Below are positions 25,842 through 39,245 of a stretch of 64,000 nucleotides of DNA, piece after piece. Origin of the DNA: Octopus vulgaris (Eukaryota); contig OX597821.1 in the NCBI GenBank assembly GCA_951406725.2, forward strand, positions 14,880,001-14,944,000. Reading direction: 5' to 3'. How positions within the stretch are numbered: position 1 is the stretch's first letter; each line of letters begins with the position of its first letter. Made by a program: the position numbers and the translations under genes. A model generated the notes under the pieces. It did not search any database. It was not told the DNA's origin and saw only the letters and a list, made by a program, of their open reading frames with translations.

Positions 25842-26136
25842 ATTCGGCTCACAATCGTAAGCTTGTGAGTTCAATTCCCGGCGATACGCTGTGACTTTCA
25901 GCAGGACACTCTATTTCAATTTGCTTCAGTCCACTCCGCTGGCAAAACTGAGTTGTACCTGTATTCCAAAAGGGCCGGCTTGTCACATTCTGTATCACGC
26001 AGAATCTCCCTGAGAACTACGTTAAGGTTACACGTGTCTGTGGAGTACTCACCCACTTGCACGTTAATTTCATGAGCAAGCTGTTCCGTTCATCAGATCA
26101 TTTGAGACCCTCGTCATCGTTACCGACGGAGTGCCA
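25842..26136 (+). mobile_element. SINE head D (CORE-like) + tail 1
   Basis: Head and body match 31163-31300; tail 'ttgtacctgtatt...accgacggagtgc' matches 10396-10585 reversed. Confidence 0.85.
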
Positions 26137-26469
26137 GATATATACGAGTGTGTGTGTGTGTGTGTGTGTGTGTCCGTCCGTGCGTGTGTGTGTGTGTGTG
26201 TGTGTGAGTGTGTGCGTGTGTGTATGTCTATTTATGCTCTTAACCTTAAAGAAACATGAAAACCCATAATGTATCAATACTCGTTGACGCCTCAGTACAC
26301 TGGACACTATATTACGCACACTTTACATGATGCCTCTCCCCATTAACAAATCAAATTCAATCCCCATTGAATTTCGACATTATTTTAATCCAGGCGTGGA
26401 TAACCCATGATTTGCTTAGTCCTCATTTATTCAAAGGCAAATATGAAATGCTTAAGACCAAAACAGTTT

Positions 26470-26622
26470 CCTTTTATTCTTTTACTTGTTTCAGTCGACC
26501 CCAAGAACTTATTCTTTGCAAGCCTAGTACTTATTCTGTCGGTCTCTTTAGCCGAGCCGCTTTGTTACTAGGACGTAAACACATTAACATCAGTTGCTAA
26601 GCAATGGTGGGGACCAGCACGG

Positions 26623-26709
<87 letters not shown>

Positions 26710-26900
26710 AATTCAGGGTGAATACTTGATAAGTGTAAGCATCTGTATATACCAGCTAGTAGCAAAGGTGAGAGGGTATATGCATCAAATGAAATAAAAC
26801 ACAGAACACAAAGGATGTCGCGGTACCCGTGTTTCAAACTTTATAAAACAACCTATTCTTACGTCAATGTATAATCGACATAACAGATGGTTTAAAGCTT

Positions 26901-26935
<35 letters not shown>

Positions 26936-27095
26936 GCCGGGATTCTTTTAGTTTCCATCTACAAAATCCTCTCTCAAGACTTTGGTCTGCCCGAGGTTAT
27001 AGTAGAAGACACTTGCTCAAGGTTCCACGCTGTGGAAATGAACCTGCAACCATGTGGTTGAGAAGCAAGCTTCTTACCAGACAACCACTCCAACA
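26470..27095 (-). mobile_element. Fragmented, diverged SINE A
   Basis: Tail at 26470-26620 and head at 26935-27095, separated by microsatellite and other sequence. Confidence 0.75.
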
Positions 27096-27548
27096 AAAAT
27101 TACATTTCATACCCCATAAAGTATGAACGCTTGTCTTGGCATATTAATCATGAGTCAGAATACGTTCGAATTCATGACGTAGAATAACAGTGCTATTACA
27201 ACCTATAAGCATTGACAATACTACCCATATTTTTATGTAATTCATTCTATCTTATTTATTATTAATACTGGTGCGGTTGCGTGAGAAATAAAATGGAATT
27301 ACTTTGAATGCTTATATGCTGTCAACATCTATGATTCATATAACTATATCTGTTAAAGCTTTTAAAATCAATATTTTAGTGTGAGTACTACTAAACCCCT
27401 GTGCAATGACTCGTATTAATATATAATATATAAGAAGAGTGTTACCGGTAGTATTTTGTATTCTTCTTTGAAAAATGGACAGGTGAAATTTTTTTTCATT
27501 GACCTATATAGAAAGAGTGCGCTTATTATTAAGAAAGACTCTGTTACA

Positions 27549-27628
<80 letters not shown>

Positions 27629-27630
<2 letters not shown>

Positions 27631-27826
27631 GCCATGATAGATTGTTAGCCACTACACACATATTTTTCTTTCCTTTTTTCTCTCTTTGTTTTTTCTGTGT
27701 CCCTTTCTGTAGAAGAGCGTAGGCTCGAAACGTAAAAGACTTTTTTCTATTCCTGAGCGTTATACTAATACACCTGTTTGTTTCGTACACCACCTGTCTT
27801 CGTCTTTTGTTTTTTTCGTAAACTCT

Positions 27827-27830
<4 letters not shown>
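27629..27830 (+). mobile_element. TA-flanked ~200 bp element with hammerhead-like fold at 27703-27738
   Basis: CTTT-CTGTAGAA-GAGC-gtag-GCTC-GAAA-CG-TA-AAAG; (TA)n on both sides. Confidence 0.8.
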
Positions 27831-27880
<50 letters not shown>

Positions 27881-28839
27881 CAATACTATAGTCAAAACTC
27901 CATTTTTAAGCATAAAGAATATGAAAAAATTTAAACGGAGTTTCCGTTTAAAATGGCTTTCATTTGGTAAGGTATCAAAAGGATCTTGTTGTTTTATTAA
28001 AAAAAGTAGTTGAGAGCCATTAGTTTGAATCGGATACCTTGTCATTGTTTTATAATTCTATTAACACAAGTTATTACAGAAATGGTTACTTTTAAGCAGT
28101 TTACAATATTGATTTCATATAGTCTATATATGTGGGGAAAATGACATATACGTGATCCTTGTATAAGAATAAACGTGAATAAAGCTGTCTCCAAATGTAT
28201 TAAACTTCATAAAAATATAGGAATGAATAGCAGAAAAGTTGAAGAAATTTTGCAAAACTTTGAAGCAGAATTTATTGATTTATTGTGACACTATAATATT
28301 TACTTGCTAAGCAAAGCGCGCATGCTCTAAGATTTTTATGAGCAGAAAGATGAAGCGAGCTCTTAGTAGTGGTTAAAGCTTATTCACTATGGAAGGACAG
28401 AACGAAACATCGGTTTCATGATTTGTTTACTTTTTATGAAGTTTAGTAGCGAAATCAAAGTTCTTAACTTGAAATTACTGGGACTGAATTAGCTTATGTT
28501 TCTTTTTACCTATATTACCTTACGAAAACGCAGCTGAAAAATACTCGCATGGTTCATTTTTCCAAATTGTTCTAATCTTTTAGATTAATTTCAAAAGATG
28601 CTTTCAGATTAAATGAAAAATATGTAAAACTTGTTTTGATGTGATACCAGTTAAAATTCCTGACTAATTCGACTTAGTTAATTTAAAACCGGATATCCAA
28701 ATTTAATGACTAATCCGTTTTGGAATTTCAAAACCGCTACGTAGATATCGAAAAGTATTCTGCTTTGCAAATTTATTCTTTATCTTTCTTTTTTTTGCGC
28801 CTTACCTATGCGAATAAATTTGTTGTTTGAACATTCGAT

Positions 28840-28991
28840 GCAAGAATGGCTTAAAAAGCTCGCTTTGTAACCCAGTGGTTTTGAGTTCGCTCCCACTTTG
28901 CAGTAACTTGGGCTAGTGTCTTCTGCTACAGTCCGGGTCGAATAATGCTTGTAAGTGAATTTGGTAGATGGAAATACAGCGAAAGCCGGCC

Positions 28992-29029
<38 letters not shown>

Positions 29030-29035
29030 ATATAC

Positions 29036-29077
<42 letters not shown>

Positions 29078-29278
29078 GTTTGTTTGTCTCCCATCGCCGC
29101 TTGCCAGCCGGTGTTGCTTTGTCCACCTCTCCTTAAATAAGCAGAATGGTAGAATAAGAGCCACACTTAAAAAAAAAATGTAATGTGGTTGATTTGTTCG
29201 ACTTGATCTTTCTACATACCACTACAGCATGGCCGGTGTTCAACTGATTGAAACAGGTAAAAGATAAACGATAAGATA
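28840..29278 (+). mobile_element. Old SINE A-related copy
   Basis: 'cttgggctagtgtcttctgctac...gtgaatttggtagatggaaa...gaaacaggtaaaagat'. Confidence 0.8.
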
Positions 29279-29779
29279 TTATAAATAATTATTGGCGCCA
29301 TCTAACACCTCATAATTTTGCAGAGTAAAGTAGAACCAATCTTTTCATTAAGATGAAAAGCTTTAAAGTTTCATTACATTCAAAACATATTTTGTAGCCA
29401 CTTTGGTGCTTCTGTATTTAAAACATTTTTAACTATCTAATTAATTAATGTATCGAAATATTTTAATAAATGATGTTTCGTGTGATTGCGTGCATAGCTA
29501 TGGTTTTCGAAAATTTAAGATTAATTACTTTTCTCTGCACATTGGAATTCTCAGATTCTTACACACTTGTAATAATAAAAAAGACAGAAGAAAAAGAACG
29601 GTTCCGTTCTTAGGTTTTAATTATTAGCTTTCGCACAATACACATCATGCTCGAGTGGTTTTAGTTGAAGATGAGTTGATGGCATCGCGAAATTTCTTCT
29701 TTGCTATATAACACTAAAGAGCGGGGTGACCTTCGTCAAATATAATCCCATCATTTAAATCATCTGATATTTAGTTTGC

Positions 29780-30160
29780 TTGACTGTGTGGTTTCGAAGC
29801 TTGTTTGGCAAGCGCTTGGTTTTACGTTGAGTTCCACTGCGCAGCTCTTTGGGTAAAGTCTTCTGCCATCGCCCCGAGCCAACCAATGCTTTGTAAGTGA
29901 ATTTGGTAGATGGAAACTGTGTGGAAACCCGTCGTATGTGTGTATGCATGTGTCTTTATGGTTGTACCTCCACCCTTTGTCAACCGGTGTTCGCTTGTTT
30001 ACGTCCCTGTAACGTTGTGGTTCGGTAACAGAAAAGGACAGAATAAGGACCAGGATTTAAAAAAATAAAAATCACTGGGGGCAATTTTTTCGATTGAACC
30101 CTTCAAAGAGTAGGGTGACAGCATGGCCACAGTTCAATGAGTGGAACAGGGAAAAGATAA
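29780..30160 (+). mobile_element. Old SINE A-related copy
   Basis: Same landmark motifs, strongly diverged. Confidence 0.75.
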
Positions 30161-31162
30161 CTGCTAAATGATATGTAAGTCGATAAATAAAATATAATGC
30201 GGCTAAACACACGATTGAAGAGATTCACAATTAATCCGGACATTCATATATGAGTACACTAACAATATACTCGCGTTAGCAACAAACGCACAGGCACACT
30301 ATGCCTACGTGCAAATCGCCTAAGTATATAACATTTACAAAATGTATTTACATAAATTTGCTATGGAAGAGCACAGGAATCCAACTCTATTCATTGATTA
30401 AAAAGTGAGATCATTATTGCTAAAATTAATTTAAGTTATAAAAAAAAAATTCTCAGAGGAAAATACGCATTGATTATCTCACAACTTCACTGAAAAAAAA
30501 TCTCAAAGAAACAAATAAAAGAACAAAAAGCACGTATATTTACGAAATGGATATTAAGGGTATGTTTACATTTATTACAAAAACCGAGGGAAATGATGTA
30601 CAGAATAAATTTCCATGTTATATCAGCTGTAAGTTTTCAGTAGTCAAAATGAGTTATTGTAATTAAGGATGTTATTGGGTGAAATATAGTTTCCCTTTCT
30701 ATAGAACTGCACAATTGGATATTCGCTTATGTATTGTCCTGTATTGTACGTTATGCATTATGGTTCAATCACCGTCAGTCAATAACATGTTTAAAAATTC
30801 TCGTGTTGTATTTTTTAGTTACTTCACTGTATAGTAACTCTATGGAGATTTTACTTATTAACCTCTTCAGAGGACAGAAGAAACAATGAAGTCTAAGAGG
30901 TGTGTAGGAAGAGGAGAAGGTGTAAGAGCGAGAGGGAGAGAGGGGTGTGAGGAGAGAAGAGGCGAGAGAGAAAGTAAAGTAGAGAGAATGAATATGTTTA
31001 ACATGTTATATTCCTATATAAGAGAATTCCTAATTAGAATATGCAATCGCTCATAGACAAACAAAACACACAAATAAAGATTGCATATTACATATGTGCG
31101 CACGTGTGTATATATATATATATTTATATATGTGTGTGCGTGTGTGTGTGTATGTGTGTGTG

Positions 31163-31401
31163 TGTGCTTAGTGGTTAGGGTGTCAGCATCATGATCGTAA
31201 GATTGTGGTTTCGATTCCTGGACCGGGCGAAGCGTTGTGTTCTTGAGCAAAACATTTCATTTCACGTTGCTCTAGTCCACTCAGCTGACAAAAATGAGTA
31301 ACGCTGCGATGGACTGGTGTCCCGTCCAGCTGGGGAACACATATGCCATAGAAATCGGGAAACCGGGCCCATGAGCCTGGCTAGGCTTTAAAAGGGCGCA
31401 T
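31163..31401 (+). mobile_element. SINE head D (CORE-like) + tail 2
   Basis: tRNA-like head 'tagtggttagggtg...ggtttcgattcc', body 'ttgtgttcttgagcaaaaca...gtccactcagctg..aaaatgagta', then tail 2. Confidence 0.88.
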
Positions 31402-31407
31402 TTATTT

Positions 31408-31651
31408 CAATGGCCCAGTGGTTAGGGCAGTGGACTCGCAGTTTCGATTCCCAGACCGGGCGTTGTGTGTGTTTATTGAGCGAAAACACCTAAAGCTCCA
31501 CGAGGCTCCGACAGGGGGTAGTTTCTTCCTGTTTCTTGGGTAACGCTGCGATGGACTGGTGTCCTGTCCAACTAGGTGGGGGAGGGGCACATACGCCACA
31601 GAAACCGGAAAATCGGGCCCATAAGCTTGGCTAGGCTTGAAAAGGGCGCAT
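31408..31651 (+). mobile_element. SINE head B + tail 2 with internal deletions
   Basis: Aligns to 38035-38336. Confidence 0.9.
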
Positions 31652-32048
31652 AAAAAATATATAAATGCAATTACGTTTGTATGAATATACATAGACTCAT
31701 ACATAAACACACGGATGCATCTATTCCTTTAACATTTCTAGTGAAAGCTGAACGTTTATCTGACACGTATAAAAATGTTTGCAATTGATAATATGATTGA
31801 CTCAGATGTCAATATTTATTTCCAAATGTTAACACGTCAGCCTGCACCAGGAGAAGAATGGTTGTCTGAAACCGGATATCTTGATTCTAGGGTGCGTAGG
31901 CTCCTGTGAATTCAGAACAGGTCAGCATCTACTGATCTATCTATTTTTCGATCTGTATCATACAAACATATACACACTCACACGTATATATATATATATA
32001 TGTGTGTGTGTGTATTTGATTCTATGTATATTATTCTTTCTCTCTCTC

Positions 32049-32165
<117 letters not shown>

Positions 32166-32256
32166 AAACCCTACAAATATACAGTGAACAGTTTCTGTCA
32201 AACACGCACATATCTGCTACGTGGTGGACAATATTTCTGAAAAAGAATATTTGTAA

Positions 32257-32297
<41 letters not shown>

Positions 32298-33002
32298 ATC
32301 AAGATGAACAACATCTCAAAGAAGCATTAGAGATATCCTTAACTGGCTAGTTCAAAACCAAATCATGGTGTCCGCCTTGGTTTGAAAGAATAATATAGCA
32401 AATAATTCCGAAGATATCGAAGATATTTAAAGGAATGTAATATTCTCAAGCAGATTAAGAAAATACTTCGCCGAGAATTAAGTAACATACGATGAGTGTA
32501 TTAGATTCTGTAGAAGAAAAATATCTGGAAAAGTTTTAAGTACAATAACCAAAGAACAAAAACCAAAAAATCTGAAAAATGGCGATAAAGTGAAATAATC
32601 TACACCCACAAAGCAAAAGAAAAATTGAACCATGTACTATAACAGGGATTAACGGATATCATTGCTGAAGATGTAAAATAATAGACAGTGGAGAAAAATA
32701 AATGGTAGACGCCTGGAAAAGAGAGATTTGGAAACGTCCAGGTAAAACACTCACACACGTGCGCGCACACGGGGATACACTCCTCGTAGACGTTAAGCTT
32801 TAATAAGATAATACGGATTCTACCCTGGTTACCAACTTGGATGACACAACAAAACATAAGATCCAAAAATTTGAAAGTGATTCTTGTAGTCATATGCTAA
32901 GTATATGGTTTCTTACTCTGTGTAAGACGGTGGTATTAATAATATAACTAAGATGCTGTAGTAAAGTCTTTAAACAAGCGCTTGAAGGATGTTATAATTT
33001 GC

Positions 33003-33401
33003 TTTACTCTTTTACTCTTTTACTTGTTTCAGTCATTTGACTGCGGCCATGCTGGAGCACCGCCTTTAATCGAGCAACTCGACCGCGGGACTTATTCTTT
33101 TGTAAGCCCAGTACTTATTCTATCGGTCTCTTTTGCCGAACCGCTAAGTGACGGGGACATAAACACACCAGCATCGGTTGTCAAGCAATGCTAGGGGACA
33201 AACACAGACACACAAACACACACACGCATATATATATACGGCGGGCTTCTTTCAGTTTCCGTCTACCAAATCCACTCACAAGGCAATGGTTGGCCAGAGG
33301 CTATAGTAGAAGACACTTACCCAAGGTGCCACGCAGTGGGACTGAACCCGGAACCATGCGGTTGGTAGACAAGCTACTTACCACACAACCACTCCTGCGC
33401 C
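33003..33401 (-). mobile_element. SINE family A
   Basis: Reverse match to 12218-12627. Confidence 0.95.
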
Positions 33402-35104
33402 TATAATAAATAACTGTAATAAATAACTGTCTACTAAAATACTTCAGAGAGAAAAATGAGAATTTACATAATGCTAGCATTCCTGAAATGTAGTGTTGTG
33501 TGTGTGTTTGTTTGTGTATGTGTATTATGTATATATGAAATACCAATCAAAGAGTTGTAATTACGGATGATTTATATCAGAAATCGAATATTCCGGGGAA
33601 GAAGGTTGTTATTATTTTCCACAGATAGGTTCAGCCCTAAATTCCACAGTTTAGTTTGGACAAAATCTTCAAGTTAATCTATAAGCATGACAAGAAACTT
33701 GACGCTGTTTCGAACATTTTCGATGCTAGAGTGAACTAAAAACAATCATAGATTAAACAAATAAGGAAACTGCACCACCCCATCCCCATCAAAAGTTTAA
33801 GGAACAATGTGGTGTACAGATATACGAAGATTAATGTGGCGAGTATAAATCATATAAAAATGAACGAAAGAGCTAATATCAAGGAATATATCTGGCATGC
33901 TCTTAGTAGCAGGATTATAAACGAGAGAATTTAACTTAGCTCACAGGAGGAACTGTGTCTTGTTCTCATCATTTGCAAGAGAGACTTTCCAGTCTTTCGG
34001 ACGCTTTGTTTTCTCACAACTCAGGATGCGTTTATCTCCAGCAACTCGTGCGTTTCGTTCCACCTCTTTTACAGTCTTCCTTGTACATGTCAGTGCTAAC
34101 TATGACAGTTGACTGATGAAAGAGAATTTGGCTCGTTCTTTACCCGAATTTTTCCATAAACTTGTAGATCTTGACCAGGTAATCCTTTTAAGTGGTCATT
34201 TGAAATATTTTGGCGAAGAGTTGCAAAGTTAGAGCTGTTTGAATTTTCCATACCCTGATGTAAAAGTGGGCGTGGTCAAAAAATCCATGGCGGGTATTTT
34301 TTATCCCAAGTTTTTTTCTGGTAATATCAATTTTCTGACTTGGGCTACAGGAAAATATCCATTAAAGTAAATCACAAGTGGGGTGCACCATGATCACCAC
34401 TAGGCCATGACCTAAAAGGATTATTCTGTCAGTTTTGGAAGTAAGTCACAATTTTAACTAATCTAGACGCGAATACATGAAAATTGTTGGTCTCAGTATG
34501 AGAAATGTACGGTAGTTACCTCTAAGACAGCAGTTTTTGTTGAATGAAAACAGTGTGATAATATGAGGTATGCAAATGCATATGAATAAATATAATTTAT
34601 GAAGGACAACAAGACATGTCTTCCATGTTGGTATGGCTTCTTCTCAGAGAAAAGAGGTTGTATATATTAGCAGAATAATGTGATATGCAAATATAATATC
34701 AGATATGAAATCTAGACGCAAGGACTATCAGGCAAACCTACGTTAATAATATAAGGAGAAAGGTTTCTAACAAACGCAAGAAAAAAATTAACAAAAGAAC
34801 AAACTCTGCCTTAAAATTAGAGAATAGGTTTGGCAGTGAAGTATGGCAAATAGAATAGTTATAATGATATTTTGTATCAATGAAACATAGACATGTATTT
34901 TACATGGAAATGTAATTCACTGAAGAGGTCTTTCCTATTAAAATCTTGATTGGCATATGTTTTATCTTACTCAGTTGCATGAAAGGTAGAGTGACGTCTT
35001 GTGGAAATTGTCTACGACAGTAAAATTCGGTAGGAAAGTCCTGAAAAATTTTTTTCCTGCATCCTGCTGTCGTCATCCACCGCTCTGAAGATAATGCTTT
35101 CAAC

Positions 35105-35485
35105 TAAAGGTTCAAGATCTGAAATCGTGGGGGATAGGATAAGTCGATTACATTGACCCAGTGCTTCACTGATATTAATTTTATCGATTCCGAAATTTGA
35201 ATTCAGAACGTAAACAGAAATGCCGCTATTTTTCCCGGCGTGCTAACGATTCTTATTTCTTTACTGCCCACAAGAGGCTACACACAGAGTGGAAAAACAA
35301 GGGCAGACAAACGGATTAAGTCGATTATATCGACTCCAGTGCGTAACTGGTACTTATTTAATCGACCCCGAAAGGATGAAAGGCAAAGTCGACCTCAGCG
35401 GAATTTGAACTCAGAATGTAGCGGCAAACGAAATACGCTAAGCATTTCGCCCGGCGTGCTAACGATTCTGCCAGCTCACCGCCTT
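35105..35485 (-). mobile_element. Old SINE C copy with a younger C copy (35253-35485) at its head
   Basis: Two sets of C landmarks; 'cccggcgtgctaacgattct' occurs at ~35234 and ~35451. Confidence 0.85.
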
Positions 35486-35959
35486 CATAATTAATAATAA
35501 TAGTTTCTTTTAAAATAATGAAAATCAAAGTCATCTAAAAAAAAAAAATAAAAAAAAAAGGTCCCATGCCACAAATTTTATTTGAAGGAAAATACCTATA
35601 TAACCGATTATATCTACACCACTATTTGGTTAGTTTAGTGATCGAGAACAGTAAAAGGCAGAGTCGACGTTTGCGGAATTTGAAATTAGAATGCCAATGA
35701 ATGTAACTCTATTACAAAACCATTTTGTCGCGCAGAATCACCTATTTACAGCATAACAATAAGAAGATGAAGAAGAATGTAAAACTTATAAAGAACATCA
35801 CAATCAATGCTAAAATAAAATAAAATAAAAACAATGAATAATAACTATAATATAACGTATCAAGGTTTCCATTTTTACATCTATTTTCTATTTGGTATCT
35901 AGTTACATGAGTGTATAGCATTATAGATCAAATTGTAAATGTGTTCGATGGATTATCTT

Positions 35960-36340
35960 CACCGACATCATCGACTCCATCACCAATCTCGCTTCTATCT
36001 CCACCACCATCGTTAACGCCATCGCCATCAGCAATGCGTTTATCACCGACGACTCCACTACCATCAGTGCCGTCGCCACCACCGTTAACATCACCGTCAA
36101 CACTATCACCACAAATACCGCAATTACCACTACCTCCGCCATAACATTCACCACAACTACCACCATCACCACCGCCACCACCGCCAGTTTAATTGCCATA
36201 GCCATTATTAAGTTCACGTCCATCAGCGCCATCACCTCAAACTCTAAATCTATCACCACCACCACCACCACCACCACCACCACCACCACCACCACCACCA
36301 CCACCACCACCACCACCACCACCACCACTACCACCACCAC
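35960..36340. repeat. Degenerate (CAC/CAT)n tract with a perfect (CAC)n core at ~36254-36340
   Basis: Direct reading; source of the poly-V and P/S/T ORFs. Confidence 0.95.
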
Positions 36341-37251
36341 AATTACAAACTCCATTTCTCGTATCCTGAAGACCAACTAGAAGCAAAAGAAATCTAACAC
36401 AGTAATTTTACCAGAACCATCTCCACTAAATTCTCATTTATATCAGTGTTACCACTAACTACAATCTCTAATACCAACATTACTAACATCAGAATAACGA
36501 ATACTACCTCATCATCGCTACTACATTTTCACCATTGCCTTAACTTTTTCTATCACTATATAACTGAGAGCAGTAATTGCAGTAGCAACGACAACAACAT
36601 CAAACACATCAAGAAATGCATCGTAAAGAGCAATATTACTAAGAGCATCAACATCGTTGGCAAGATAATAAATACTCCGCAAGTGCACACAATGAACAAA
36701 ATACACACCCCCCAGCGCTCCATGCACCTTCCTTGTCGCCCCTCCAAAAATATATACAGTACATTTCTATCGATTTTACTTAGAGCATCTGTAACCACTT
36801 TACTGTCTCTCTCTCTCTCACTCATTCTCTCCACCTTTCCTCTCATCTATCTCTCACTCACACCTTTTCTCTCTGTAATAACTACTCTCCCACACTTTCA
36901 TTCCACTTTCTCTCTCTCTGTTCAATTACCATTTGACTCCCTTATTTGGCTTCTGTCCTTGAAATATGAAGTTTTATCTGATGGTATAACTCGACAGACA
37001 ACCCCAAGGAAGGACGCATACAGAGTAGCTCCACTTTCAAGTACTGAAATGTTGCTGTTTGTTTAGAGTAGAGCTGTTTGTGAGCGTATCTGCTGATGGA
37101 ATGTGGTGGTGGTGGTGGAGGTGTGAAGGAGGGAATAATAGAAAAAAGCAAATCACAAAAAAGTCAAAATAAAATTTACAAGGAAAAGCAACACAAGAAT
37201 ACAGCCGAGAAACGATAAAAATTAGGCAGCACAAGAACGTGACATTTTCTT

Positions 37252-37667
37252 ATTTCTTTATTGCCCACAAGGTGCCAAACATAGAGGGGACAAACAAGGA
37301 CAAACAAAGGGATCAAGTCGATTACATCAACCCCAGTGCATAACTGGTACTTAATTTATCGATCCCGAAAGGATGAAAGGCAAAGTCGACCTCGGTGGAA
37401 TTTGATCTCAGAACGTAACGGCAGACTAAATACCTATTTCTTTATTACCCACAAGAGGCTAAGCACAGAGAGGACAAACAAGGACAGACAAAGGGAGTAA
37501 GTCGATTACATCGACCCCAGTGCGTAACTGGTACTTATTTAATCGACCCCGAAAGGATGACAGGCAAAGTCGACCTCGGCGGAATTTGAACTCAGAACGT
37601 AACGGCAGACGAAAAACCACATAGCATTTCGCCCGGCGCGCTAACGATTCTGCCAGGTCGCCGCCTT
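37252..37667 (-). mobile_element. SINE family C dimer
   Basis: Two units enclosed by one 17-bp TSD gaacgtgacattttctt (37235-37251, 37670-37686). Confidence 0.93.
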
Positions 37668-37689
37668 AGGAACGTGACATTTTCTTGTT

Positions 37690-38890
37690 TAATCCTTTCT
37701 ACTATAGGCACAAGATCTGGAATTTACTGTTTAATATTTTCTATTATAGGTACAAGGTCTGGAATTTACATTGACTCCATTATTTGACTGGCTCTTCTTT
37801 CATCGTCCCTGAAAGGATGAAAGATAAAGTTGATTTCGGAGGAATTTGAACTTAGAATGCAAGGCTGGAAGAAATGTCGTTGAGCATGTTGTCCGGCGGG
37901 CAAATGATTCTGTTAATCCTTTCGATTTTTGGCACGAGGAGGTAGAATTTTTTGATGGGAGAGGGCAAATCGATTACATCAACCCCACTACTTGACTGGT
38001 ACTTTATTTTATCTACCCCGTAAGGATGAAATGTGTGGAGGCGCAATGGCCCAGTGGTTAGGGCAGCGGACTCGCGGTCGGAGGATCGCGGTTCCGATTC
38101 CTAGACCGGGCTTTGTGTGTGTTTATTGAGCGAAAACAACTAAAGCTCGACGAGGCTCCGGCAGGGGATGGCGGCGACCCCTGTTGTACTCTTTCGCCCC
38201 AACTTTCACTCTTTCTTCCTGTTTCTTGAGTAAGGCTGCGATGGACTGGCGTCCCGTCCAGCTGGAGGGAATACATACGCCATAGAAACTGGGAAACCGC
38301 GCCCATGAGTCTGGCTAGGCTTAAAAAGGGCGCATAAAAAAAGGATGAAATGTAAAGATGACTCTGGCAGAATTTGAACTCGGGATGCAAAAGGTCACGA
38401 CAAATACCGCAAAGCATTTTCCGATGCTCTGACGAGTCTGTCCATCCACCATGTTAATTATGATGGCGATGCTAATGATAACAGTTTCAAATTTTTGGTA
38501 GATGGCCAGCAGTTGGGGAAGGGGTTGTTGATTGCATCGACCGCAGTACTCGACTGGTACTTATTTTATCGACCTCGACAGTATGAACGGCAAAGTCGAC
38601 TTCGGAGGAATTCAAACTCAGAACATAAAGAGCCTGCAGAAATAGCGCTAAGCATGTTCTCTGACGTGGTAAGGATTCTGCCACCTCATCACCTTTATAA
38701 TTACTTAAATTTTAGCACTAGGCCAGCAGTTTTGAGAGGAAGGGTAAATCGATTACATAGGCCCCAGTAATTTGTTTTATCACCTCAGGAGACCTGAAAA
38801 GCAAAGCTGACCCCAGCGGAATTGAACTTAGATCATAAAGCCTCGTAACTAAAGACCACAAGCCATTTTGTTTGACGTTCAAACCATTCA
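37690..38890 (-). mobile_element. Stack of about four old SINE C copies, one split by a SINE B insertion
   Basis: C landmarks recur at ~37800, ~38010/38345, ~38565 and ~38775. Confidence 0.8.
38035..38336 (+). mobile_element. SINE head B + tail 2, nested in an old C copy
   Basis: Full head GTGGAGGCGCAATGGCCCAGTGG; 13-bp TSD aaggatgaaatgt (38022-38034, 38341-38353). Confidence 0.95.
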
Positions 38891-39245
38891 GTCATACAGA
38901 AACCTCATTTCGCAACGAACACAGAAACATTTTTGGATAAGAATGCTTATCAGCTGAACCAAAATCAAATACTTCATTCGTGAACTTTCATACATTTCTC
39001 TATTTCCCTGTACCTTTACTTCTCTCAATGTTTTTATCACTGACATTTTCGCTTCCTTTCCTCTGTAGTTCAACTACTGTGCCTTATAGCTGTCAACCAA
39101 TAAACCGCTGTATTTTTTCCTTAATTTTCTACATCTTCGCTTAATATCTCATTATCTCACGCCTATTATTTACCCTTTCTATTTTAATATATACAGGTGT
39201 GTGCACGTGTCTCTCTCTGCCCTTCTCTCTCCACGCACCCACATA

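Noticed and set aside
32300-32900. Possible RTE-like RT C-terminal relic
   Set aside because: Lys/Arg-rich fragments only; no motif could be read reliably.
35911-37066. Pro/Ser/Thr-rich, poly-Val and 206-aa ORFs
   Set aside because: Products of degenerate trinucleotide and CT-rich repeats; no domain signal.
38035-38115. tRNA gene
   Set aside because: A and B boxes are present but continue into a SINE body with TSDs; no proper acceptor stem.
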